DNA of 55,410 nucleotides from a virus (Duplodnaviria; Caudoviricetes): IMG/VR virus record IMGVR_UViG_3300031578_000045, positions 1 to 55,410 of that record; one strand, 5' to 3'. Shown piece by piece: positions 31,218 to 38,865 of this stretch (position 1 is its first letter; each line of letters starts with the position of its first letter). The notes under the pieces were generated by a model. It saw only the letters and a program-made list of their open reading frames with translations, ran no database searches and was not told where the DNA came from. The position numbers and the translations under genes were made by a program.

Positions 31218-31243
31218 GCCCGGGGGTGGTTTCCCGGGCTTTT
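31218..31243 (+). terminator. intrinsic terminator ending the structural operon
   Basis: GCCCGGG..CCCGGGC-TTTT. Confidence 0.85.
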
Positions 31244-31311
31244 GCTTATTGATATAACCACTAACGAAAAAAATTATTTTTTGGGGTACCTTTATTTTTT
31301 TGTGTAAATAG

Positions 31312-31341
31312 TTTGTATTTAAAAAGTATTTACTATATTTG
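31312..31341 (+). promoter_or_regulatory. Bacteroidota sigma-A-type promoter
   Basis: TTTG-N18-TATATTTG. Confidence 0.75.
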
Positions 31342-31373
31342 TAGAGCAATAATGCAAAAACTAAAGTAGAGTA

Positions 31374-31535
31374 ATGGCAAATACTAAAAAAGTAACAATT
31401 AGCTTAACCCAAGAACAACAGGATAAAGCTAAAGAAGATAGTAAAGCCATATTTGGCAAAGAAAACCTATCTGGGTATATTCAGATTCTAATCCAAAATG
31501 GTTTTGAAAAAACAAAAGCGGGCCAGAAAAAATAA
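31374..31535 (+). CDS. ribbon-helix-helix regulator (not in ORF track)
   Basis: MANTKKVTISLTQEQQDKAKEDSKAIFGKENLSGYIQILI. Confidence 0.7.
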   Translation: MANTKKVTISLTQEQQDKAKEDSKAIFGKENLSGYIQILIQNGFEKTKAGQKK

Positions 31536-31873
31536 TTTGATTGAATTATGGATGTATATGAATATTTAAGAAAAAAACTTGGAGTACCTGATAATTGGAA
31601 TGCCAAAGCTAAATATTATACCAGAGCGAGATAATGCGAATGCTATGCAATATGATGCATTGTTATGCCCAGTAATTGTAAGGGTATGCCATTGCAAACA
31701 ATGCAGATACGTTAAAAACAAACGCAAAAATAGAGAGCTAAAGAAAAAGATTAAACGCCTAATGAACAAAAAAAGAAGGCAAAGTAAATTGGATGGTAGA
31801 TGTTATACTCACTATTGGTCAGAACGGATAGGTATATGAATAGTACGGAATTAATAAACTAAAATTAAACAAA

Positions 31874-32272
31874 ATGGAAAGATTAAAAGAATTGATTGGC
31901 AAAACACTTACCAAAGTAGAAAACAAAGACAATGACGAGATAATATTTACTTGCGAAGATGGAAAGCAATATAAAATGTATCACGGACAAGATTGTTGCG
32001 AAAGTGTATCTATTGAAGATATAGTTGGCGACTTACAAGATTTAGTTGGAAGCCCAATATTAAAAGCAGAAGAAGTTTCTAATTATGAACCAACTTCACA
32101 AGAGGATATTGAGCGAACTAAAGAAGCGGAAGATTGGGGCTCTTGTACTTGGACTTACTATAAATTCGCAACAATTAAAGGATATGTAGATATTAGGTGG
32201 TATGGCGAAAGTAATGGATACTACTGTGAATCTGTAGATTTTATATTGCTTAGTGTTGATTATGAGTACTAA
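31874..32272 (+). CDS. phage hypothetical protein (YHxQDCCE motif)
   Basis: [26 protein letters not shown]; stops in TAAC. Confidence 0.85.
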   Translation: MERLKELIGKTLTKVENKDNDEIIFTCEDGKQYKMYHGQDCCESVSIEDIVGDLQDLVGSPILKAEEVSNYEPTSQEDIERTKEAEDWGSCTWTYYKFATIKGYVDIRWYGESNGYYCESVDFILLSVDYEY

Positions 32273-32314
32273 CGTAGTATTAATGCTAACTGTGTTAGCA
32301 AACGTAATTTGTAT

Positions 32315-32455
32315 ATGAATGACAGACTTTATAAATATTTACAAGATGAATGGAAACGCAATAATTTACCTAAATATCAAAAATACTTTGAAGAATGGGT
32401 GAATAACTTAACTGAAAATCAAATATATTACTACAAAACATTATGGCTACGGTAG
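32315..32455 (+). CDS. 46-aa cassette ORF (not in ORF track)
   Basis: MNDRLYKYLQDEWKRNN..; flanked by GTTAGCAAACGTAA / TTATGTTTGCTAAC. Confidence 0.65.
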   Translation: MNDRLYKYLQDEWKRNNLPKYQKYFEEWVNNLTENQIYYYKTLWLR

Positions 32456-32533
32456 TGTTATGTTTGCTAACGTAAATAATATGGGCTTATTGCCAACAAA
32501 ATAAGTACAAAATTTAATTAAAAACACAAAGAT

Positions 32534-32755
32534 ATGTTTATAGAAAAACTTAATAAAATGCTCGGCAATTTGCTTATATTTAGTGTTACCAACAGTGCGG
32601 TAATTACTATATGGACTAATGATTTGGCCGAAGCGCAAAGGATGTGTGAACAAGTTTATTTGCCTGATGGATGGGAGGTTAAAGAGCCGATAGAAACAAA
32701 ATGGAACTGGAAAAGGTTTGAATGGCAATACCGCTTTAAGCTTGTGAAGAAGTAG
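32534..32755 (+). CDS. cassette ORF starting inside a hairpin loop
   Basis: Reads through the right arm (GNLLIFSVTNS). Confidence 0.7.
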   Translation: MFIEKLNKMLGNLLIFSVTNSAVITIWTNDLAEAQRMCEQVYLPDGWEVKEPIETKWNWKRFEWQYRFKLVKK

Positions 32756-32856
32756 CATTGTTGCTAACGGCTTATATATGTACTTTACAATAGTAATTAA
32801 AATTTAAACTGAGCAATAAAATTCAAGTGAGTTACAAACCTTAAAAATATTGTGCG

Positions 32857-33222
32857 ATGGAAAATATTGAATTATGGATTATAGGAATATTATTTTTTGC
32901 AACATTAATTAGTCTAAGAGCTTTAAAAGAAAGTAGACATTTTGCAAAATACTGGAAAGACCTTTATTTTATACAAAAGGACTTAAATGAAAAGATGGAA
33001 AAAGATAGCGAGGGCAACCATGTTGATTTGAAAAACAGCAAATTACCCATACAACGTGTTAGTAATTGCGCCTCTATCTGCTCTTTCAAAGAGGTAAAAG
33101 ACATTTGGAATGCAGCAGAAAAGCACGTACTACACGAAATGGGCGAAGTTTGCAAAGGTGACGCTAATTATGAAGAAGATACACCAGACTTAAACACATA
33201 CTACGAAAGGCATTATTACTAA
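32857..33222 (+). CDS. cassette ORF with N-terminal TM segment
   Basis: Reads through the right arm (KLPIQRVSNC). Confidence 0.7.
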   Translation: MENIELWIIGILFFATLISLRALKESRHFAKYWKDLYFIQKDLNEKMEKDSEGNHVDLKNSKLPIQRVSNCASICSFKEVKDIWNAAEKHVLHEMGEVCKGDANYEEDTPDLNTYYERHYY

Positions 33223-33337
33223 TGGACAGGTATAAAAAGGCGTTTTAATGAAGCACAACGGTAAAAATATGGGTATGTGCTGCCTTCGAATAAGCACAAA
33301 GATTGATACGAGATATAAACTTAACAATTTACGAGCG

Positions 33338-33634
33338 ATGGAATTACAAATTAAAGCAGATTTAACACAAACTTTATGTGTAAGACAAATGCACGACCTT
33401 ATTGAAATAGATATAAGAGAAGGTAAAAAGTTTAATTGCTTATTCATAAATAAAGAACAAGCTAAACAGGTAATATCTAAATTGCAGGAGTGCGTTGGGG
33501 AAACTTCAAACGAGAACGCAGCATTACCTATATTTGATGTTAAGCGTGCGGCCTTTAATGAAGCTTATGATAAATTCGTAGAATGCGAGGATGACAACGC
33601 CTATACTAAATGGTTAAATAAAGTTTGTGGCTGA
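33338..33634 (+). CDS. cassette ORF (likely start MELQ)
   Basis: Reads through the right arm (AALPIFDVKR). Confidence 0.7.
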   Translation: MELQIKADLTQTLCVRQMHDLIEIDIREGKKFNCLFINKEQAKQVISKLQECVGETSNENAALPIFDVKRAAFNEAYDKFVECEDDNAYTKWLNKVCG

Positions 33635-33744
33635 CGCCTAACGGCTTATATGTGTACTTTACAAATGTAATTTAACTTAAATATTGGATAATTAATTAAA
33701 TTTACTTACCTTTCCGATATGAAAACTATGAAAAACTTAAAGAT

Positions 33745-34164
33745 ATGTATTCATTAAGCCAAAGAAGTTTAAATATACTATCAACTTGCCACGAAGATTT
33801 GCAAACATTGGCAAATGAAGCGATTAAAAATAGCCCTTATGATTTTGGTATAACCCACGGTATAAGATCGCCTAAGTTGCAAAATAAACTATATCAACAA
33901 GGAAGGACTAAACCAGGTAAAATTGTTACCTATATTGACGGGTACAATAAAAAATCTAAACATAATTATGACCCCGCTTTGGCTATGGATATAGCTGTAT
34001 ATGTTTCGGGGGAAATTACTTGGAAACTGGCATTTTATGAAATAGTTGCAAATCATATAATGTCTGTTTCCGAAAGATTATTTGAAGAAAATAAAATTTC
34101 CAATAGGATAGTTTGGGGAGGTAATTGGAAAAAGTTTAAAGATTATCCACATTTCCAAATATAA
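33745..34164 (+). CDS. endolysin, M15 family L-Ala-D-Glu peptidase
   Basis: GIRS..Q..LYQQGRT.PG, SKH..AMD, WGGNW..DYPHFQ. Confidence 0.93.
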   Translation: MYSLSQRSLNILSTCHEDLQTLANEAIKNSPYDFGITHGIRSPKLQNKLYQQGRTKPGKIVTYIDGYNKKSKHNYDPALAMDIAVYVSGEITWKLAFYEIVANHIMSVSERLFEENKISNRIVWGGNWKKFKDYPHFQI

Positions 34165-34169
34165 AAATT

Positions 34170-34430
34170 ATGAACTGGCTTATATGGTTATTGTTAGGGT
34201 TGTTTTTAGGTGTTATAATAGGCTTTCTGATTAAAAAGCCTAAGGATACCTATAATTATATAGTAAAGCGCATACGCGCTAAAAAGGGCTCTAAAATAGG
34301 TATCTCCGACTTATCAGAGATACCAAGCGAAAGGGGTATAATAAAAAGCATGATAAAAAATCCTGAAAAAGACAGAAAAAAACTTATAGATAGAATAAGA
34401 GAAAGAAGATTTAACCTTAAAAAAAATTAA
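34170..34430 (+). CDS. TM protein, possible spanin/lysis accessory
   Basis: N-terminal TM segment; follows the endolysin. Confidence 0.5.
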   Translation: MNWLIWLLLGLFLGVIIGFLIKKPKDTYNYIVKRIRAKKGSKIGISDLSEIPSERGIIKSMIKNPEKDRKKLIDRIRERRFNLKKN

Positions 34431-34432
34431 TT

Positions 34433-34780
34433 ATGAAATTAAATGCATTTTGGAAAGGGCTTATAATGGGTTTAGTTGGTTTTATAGCCACTACATTATC
34501 CGATCTTGAAACTATGAACTTTGCTTACATATTGATTTCATCCATAGGTTTTGCCGTTGTTTATATTGGCAAAAATTATGCCCTGCCTTCAATATCTGCT
34601 ATTGGTATAGATTTTAGGGATATTATTTCCGGTCTTATACTTGCTGTTGGGATGGCTTTATCTAGTGCAGCTGCGCAAGTGCTTACTATTGGATTTGAAT
34701 GGAACACGTTATTGATAGCGGTATCAGGTGCTGTTGTAGGTTATATAACTAAAACAGTAAGCACTAATTCAAAAAAATAG
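34433..34780 (+). CDS. putative holin
   Basis: 115 aa, about 4 TM segments, in the lysis cassette. Confidence 0.6.
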   Translation: MKLNAFWKGLIMGLVGFIATTLSDLETMNFAYILISSIGFAVVYIGKNYALPSISAIGIDFRDIISGLILAVGMALSSAAAQVLTIGFEWNTLLIAVSGAVVGYITKTVSTNSKK

Positions 34781-34805
34781 TTTTCATTTTTATAGGTTGT
34801 TTGAT

Positions 34806-34836
34806 AGCTTAGTTCCTTTTGGGGCTAGGCTTTTTT
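34806..34836 (+). terminator. intrinsic terminator
   Basis: AGCTTAGTTCC..GGGGCTAGGCT followed by a T run. Confidence 0.75.
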
Positions 34837-34919
34837 GATGATATATATCACCGATAAACAAGTAACTAATTAAATTAATCGGCGTATATATAAGAAAACA
34901 TTAACTAAAATATACAGAT

Positions 34920-35120
34920 ATGAGAGCATTAGACAAACAACTTAAAGAAAGGTACGCAAAGGCAAATAATAAGGCTGATGAAACCTTTGAACGCTTAGGC
35001 ATTACTGCTGAGTTAAACAACCACAGAAGGCTCCTTAATAATTATTCTATAGCTTGTAAGGTTCAGTTTTATACGTACGATTCATTTCGTAACGGTGATG
35101 GTGATATAACACTCTTTTAA
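34920..35120 (+). CDS. hypothetical protein
   Basis: ORF with its own leader and terminator. Confidence 0.65.
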   Translation: MRALDKQLKERYAKANNKADETFERLGITAELNNHRRLLNNYSIACKVQFYTYDSFRNGDGDITLF

Positions 35121-35139
35121 TCTATTAATAATCTCGTTC

Positions 35140-35166
35140 GGCCCCGGTTAACGCTGGGGCTTTTTT
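35140..35166 (+). terminator. intrinsic terminator
   Basis: GCCCCGG..CTGGGGC-TTTTTT. Confidence 0.85.
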
Positions 35167-35250
35167 ATTTAGAACAGTTATAAATAGCAAATATTTTGAT
35201 GAACAGTATTGCATATTGAAACATTTTAACTATTTTAGACGTTAATTATA
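35167..35250 (+). promoter_or_regulatory. operator plus repeated promoter block
   Basis: ATTTAGAACAGTTATAAAT; AGTATTGCATATTGAAACATTT identical to 38794-38815. Confidence 0.65.
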
Positions 35251-35260
35251 TTAAACTAAA

Positions 35261-35488
35261 ATGATAAGAAACATGAAGAATTTTAATAAAAGGCTTGTAT
35301 GTATGTTTAGTTTGCTAGACATATTATTATGCGTTGTTTGTCTAATTTCGGTGATATTTAATGTATATGTTGCTGTTTGGTTTTGCGAGTATGATGATTG
35401 GCTTTACACAACATTAAAATACTGGTCCGCTGTCGAGGTGTGTATATTTATTTGGATATGCTGGAAATGCAATAGGAATAGTGCATAA
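35261..35488 (+). CDS. cassette membrane protein
   Basis: 2 TM segments; degenerate ATT/AAT ends at 35326/35489. Confidence 0.6.
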   Translation: MIRNMKNFNKRLVCMFSLLDILLCVVCLISVIFNVYVAVWFCEYDDWLYTTLKYWSAVEVCIFIWICWKCNRNSA

Positions 35489-35553
35489 TGGTACCCAGTT
35501 AAAAACATAAACAATGAATAAGATAATTAGAATTAATAACCTTAAAATAATGT

Positions 35554-35922
35554 GTGATGGAAAGTAATATGGATATAAAAGACAGATACGAAAAAGAAAC
35601 TGGAAATAATTACTACTGTAATAATTCACAAGAAGATTATGGTATTCATACAGATGAATATGTTGAGTGGGTAGAAAATAAGTTAAAAGCGTGTGAAGGC
35701 AACCCCTCTGATTTGAAAAACGCCAACTGTGCTATTGTTATGCTTACAGAATCAAATACATTTACATTTACAACAACGGATAATTGCTTGCACGAGAACT
35801 ACACTTTCAGAAATGTAACAGTTAATTTTTATTTATTTGAATTGACAATGCTTTTCAAAGTGTGCCATAACTGCCACAAATTAATTAAAGACCATAAGAA
35901 ATGGAAAATAAAAATTAATTAA
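35554..35922 (+). CDS. cassette ORF
   Basis: GTTATGCTTA / TAAGCATAAC. Confidence 0.7.
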   Translation: MMESNMDIKDRYEKETGNNYYCNNSQEDYGIHTDEYVEWVENKLKACEGNPSDLKNANCAIVMLTESNTFTFTTTDNCLHENYTFRNVTVNFYLFELTMLFKVCHNCHKLIKDHKKWKIKIN

Positions 35923-35965
35923 GCATAACGTAGGTAATATAACTAATTTAAAACATAATACGATT

Positions 35966-36142
35966 ATGAAAAACTTTTTTGTTAAGAAAAAAGCTTTCAC
36001 CGAAGTTTACTTAAAAAATCGCGGATGGAGAAAGCTAAATTCTCAAGGTGAATACGGAACGCATGAAGGATTATACGGTATTTATTACTTAGTTGAAGGT
36101 TTTGCCCATGTGCACGAAAAGTACTGTAGGCATTTTCGCTAA
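35966..36142 (+). CDS. 58-aa cassette ORF (not in ORF track)
   Basis: MKNFFVKKKAFTEV..; stops in TAAC. Confidence 0.6.
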   Translation: MKNFFVKKKAFTEVYLKNRGWRKLNSQGEYGTHEGLYGIYYLVEGFAHVHEKYCRHFR

Positions 36143-36219
36143 CGGTTTGTATAAGATTAGTTGCGATGGAAGATTGGATGCAGAAAAGTTGAATTGAAAC
36201 ACAAATAAAATTTAAAATT

Positions 36220-36438
36220 ATGGCAAAGATTTATGGAACTATTGAAATTGACTTTGATACTGATAAACCTATAACACAGGAGCAGTATGATAAGTTTGAA
36301 CGTAGGTTAAACAAAATGGTTGAAGATTGGGAGATGATGGTTTATGATGCTGCAAATGATGCAGGGTTTGAAGCCGATAGCATACATCCCATTTTGTTAG
36401 ATAACTTAGATTGTGAATTTGACGAGGAAGACGAATAA
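36220..36438 (+). CDS. acidic protein wholly inside a hairpin loop
   Basis: D/E-rich, 72 aa. Confidence 0.7.
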   Translation: MAKIYGTIEIDFDTDKPITQEQYDKFERRLNKMVEDWEMMVYDAANDAGFEADSIHPILLDNLDCEFDEEDE

Positions 36439-36518
36439 TTTTATTGCTTGTTGTGCTTAACGAAGTGGCGTTTTAATGAAGCACAACTACTATATATAAA
36501 AACAATTACTTAAATACA

Positions 36519-36764
36519 ATGGATAAAGAAGTGCAAATAAAAAGAATAATAAGGGCCTTTGTAATTAACAACCACTATAAAGGAGTTGATTTACAAGAGG
36601 ACTGGATTAATGACGCAGCAGAAGAAATAGTAAAAATATTTGCTATACCTGTTGTTATGCAACGAAGTGAACTGTTGCTTTTTGCTGACTATTCAGAAAG
36701 CGATAAAACCTCACAAACAACTGATGAATGTGTAGATAACTACCTTGCTCAAAAAAAGCAATAG
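36519..36764 (+). CDS. cassette ORF
   Basis: KIFAIPVVMQRS is the translated right arm. Confidence 0.7.
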   Translation: MDKEVQIKRIIRAFVINNHYKGVDLQEDWINDAAEEIVKIFAIPVVMQRSELLLFADYSESDKTSQTTDECVDNYLAQKKQ

Positions 36765-36876
36765 TGCATAACGGTTAATTATATGGGTAGTGCAACCCCC
36801 CAAACTGCACGAAAGTTGATTAAATGTATAACCGCTCCCGTTTTATTTTTGAGCGTGGGCATAAAACTAAATAGAT

Positions 36877-37098
36877 ATGTTACAATTAGTATTAAACACA
36901 CCGAAAGCCAGTAGAGATGGCAGCGCAGAATTGTTTATTGATTACCAAAGCGAATCAGTTGGATTTACTGTGGTAACAAAAGATGGCTTGCAATATGATT
37001 TTAGTTGTGAGGTTGAAGAATGGCAACAGTTAAAATCGTTTATTGAACAAGCTATTTCGCGCGATGGCAAAAATAAAACTCGCACAAACGTTGATTAA
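36877..37098 (+). CDS. ORF wholly inside a hairpin loop
   Basis: Lies between arms 36778-36796 and 37105-37123. Confidence 0.7.
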   Translation: MLQLVLNTPKASRDGSAELFIDYQSESVGFTVVTKDGLQYDFSCEVEEWQQLKSFIEQAISRDGKNKTRTNVD

Positions 37099-37206
37099 AT
37101 GCACGTTGCATTACCTATATAATGTGTTGTGTTGTCGTTTTAATGCAATACAACGTTGGTATAAGAAGCGTTGCGATTAAATAGTAAAAACTTAAAATAT
37201 ACACGA

Positions 37207-37569
37207 ATGAAAAATAAAGAGATTAAACAACCGCAAACCACCGAGGCAAGCAATGATTTTTATACGTTGTTATGCCCCGTTGATTTATTCCGTTTTTTCC
37301 TACGCAAAAACTACGAAGGGATAGAGATTAATAACGAGGAGTGCGATGGGCTTGGAGAAGAATTTTATAAATACCTACGAGCTTTAAACTTGACTAATGA
37401 GCAAAGAAAAAACATATTACCTAAGAATACATTTGATGTAATATTGAACGCAGACCACCCATTGAGAACAAATGGATTCCCAGCCGCTTATGTTTTGCAC
37501 TTTACACAATTTGTAGAACAGCAAAAAGAAAAAGCGTTGGCTGATGGTTACGAGCCTAATGGGGCATAA
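37207..37569 (+). CDS. cassette ORF (likely start MKNKE)
   Basis: Reads through the right arm (SNDFYTLLCPV); stops in TAAC. Confidence 0.7.
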   Translation: MKNKEIKQPQTTEASNDFYTLLCPVDLFRFFLRKNYEGIEINNEECDGLGEEFYKYLRALNLTNEQRKNILPKNTFDVILNADHPLRTNGFPAAYVLHFTQFVEQQKEKALADGYEPNGA

Positions 37570-37627
37570 CGTACAAGGCTATGCGTAGTGCCTTCTTAAA
37601 ATTACGCACAAACTTAAATTAAAAGAC

Positions 37628-37858
37628 ATGAGCAAGAAATACGAACAAACATCAGCAGAAGTGGATAAGGCATTACGTATAGGTAGTGTTAGCACCCGTT
37701 TATTAACTCGAATTGCAACAGACCTTGAAAAAGAAATGAAGCGTTCGGATAATGATATGGTAATAGCAGACCTTGAAATGCAGATTGATGGATTAAAAAC
37801 ACTTAAAAAAGAACTTGACGACTTTAGAACGATAAAGACTATTCTAAATGGGTGCTAA
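37628..37858 (+). CDS. cassette ORF, coiled coil
   Basis: KALRIGSVSTR is the right arm; stops in TAAC. Confidence 0.7.
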   Translation: MSKKYEQTSAEVDKALRIGSVSTRLLTRIATDLEKEMKRSDNDMVIADLEMQIDGLKTLKKELDDFRTIKTILNGC

Positions 37859-37989
37859 CGGTCTGCAATATGAAACGGCTAAAACTACACCCCGAAAATG
37901 AAAAGATATAACAATTAAATACAAATATTAATTAGATGCACGACAAGCTGTTTTATATTGTTTGTTAGGCATCTGTAAAAATTACGGAC

Positions 37990-38163
37990 ATGAACACAAT
38001 AGAAAAAATTGAAAACGGACACTTTAATTTCAGCGAATTTAATGAAGGACAAATAAACTTCATCAAAGGACTTGTAAAATTCGCATACAACGATGGTTAT
38101 GAAGATGGTAAAGCTGAAATTAAAGATAAGATATGGAACGCAATAGAAATAGAAACCGAGTAA
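37990..38163 (+). CDS. 57-aa cassette ORF (not in ORF track)
   Basis: MNTIEKIENGHFNF.. Confidence 0.65.
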   Translation: MNTIEKIENGHFNFSEFNEGQINFIKGLVKFAYNDGYEDGKAEIKDKIWNAIEIETE

Positions 38164-38310
38164 TTTTTATTGTGCCTAACGGTCGGCAATATGAAACGGC
38201 TAAACGGAACTTTGAAAAATGAGATACAGTAACAAATAAATACAAATATTAATTAGATGCAGGACAAGCTGTTTTATATTGCTTGTTAGGCATCTGTAAA
38301 AATTACGGAT

Positions 38311-38478
38311 ATGAGATACATACTTTTTGGAATAGGCTTATTAACATGGATTGCATTTGCATACGACATTGAAAATGATAGAGACTTTATGACTTGGATA
38401 TGGTTATTAACAAGTCTATTCTTTTTCGTAAATTCTTATGTGAGATATAAACACGATATGAAACAGAAAGGCAAGTAA
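38311..38478 (+). CDS. 55-aa 2-TM cassette ORF (not in ORF track)
   Basis: MRYILFGIGLLTWIAFAY.. Confidence 0.65.
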   Translation: MRYILFGIGLLTWIAFAYDIENDRDFMTWIWLLTSLFFFVNSYVRYKHDMKQKGK

Positions 38479-38531
38479 TTTTTATTGTGCCTAACTACTA
38501 TATATAAAAACAACCACTTAAATAACTGATT

Positions 38532-38762
38532 ATGAAAATAGAAAACTTTAATATAGAGAAGTTCAGACAAGACTTTTTTTTATATTTGATTAGAAAATAC
38601 AATAGACTAAATTGTTTATCGCAGTTTTGTAAAGACTATGATATGGATTCTTCAACATTGTGGAGAGCTTTGAACGGTGACAGTAAGAATGTCACCGCAA
38701 CTCATAAGCAGATATGTTATATGATGGGTAAAAACGTTAAATATTATTTAGAACCATTATAA
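38532..38762 (+). CDS. XRE/Cro-like HTH protein
   Basis: LSQFCKDYDMDSSTLWRALNG. Confidence 0.7.
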   Translation: MKIENFNIEKFRQDFFLYLIRKYNRLNCLSQFCKDYDMDSSTLWRALNGDSKNVTATHKQICYMMGKNVKYYLEPL

Positions 38763-38862
38763 ATAGCAAAAAAAGTCAAAATAAATTGATAAAAGTATTG
38801 CATATTGAAACATTTAGCTTATCTTTAACGTATAATTAAGAAACAAACAATTAAAACTGACG
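38746..38862 (+). promoter_or_regulatory. operator plus repeated promoter/leader
   Basis: ATTTAGAACCATTATAAAT; leader 38833-38862 identical to 39620-39649. Confidence 0.7.
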
Positions 38863-38865
38863 AAA

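Larger units (their letters stand above)
31650..33664. mobile_element. attC-like gene cassette array 2
   Basis: Complementary GTT/AAC pairs 32294/32471, 32585/32768, 33058/33223, 33539/33642; hairpins 32471-32585 and 33259-33539; degenerate pair 31662/31825. Confidence 0.8.
35300..38524. mobile_element. attC-like gene cassette array 3 (about 10 units)
   Basis: GTT/AAC pairs 35737/35929, 35981/36143, 36450/36487, 36654/36772, 37126/37154, 37269/37570, 37688/37859, 37964/38180, 38285/38495, with inverted-repeat arms between most. Confidence 0.85.

Noticed and set aside
37859-38495. CRISPR-like or IS/MITE interpretation of the repeated intergenic elements
   Set aside because: No constant repeat with short spacers, no transposase, no per-element target duplication; conserved AAC/GTT cores fit attC-like sites better
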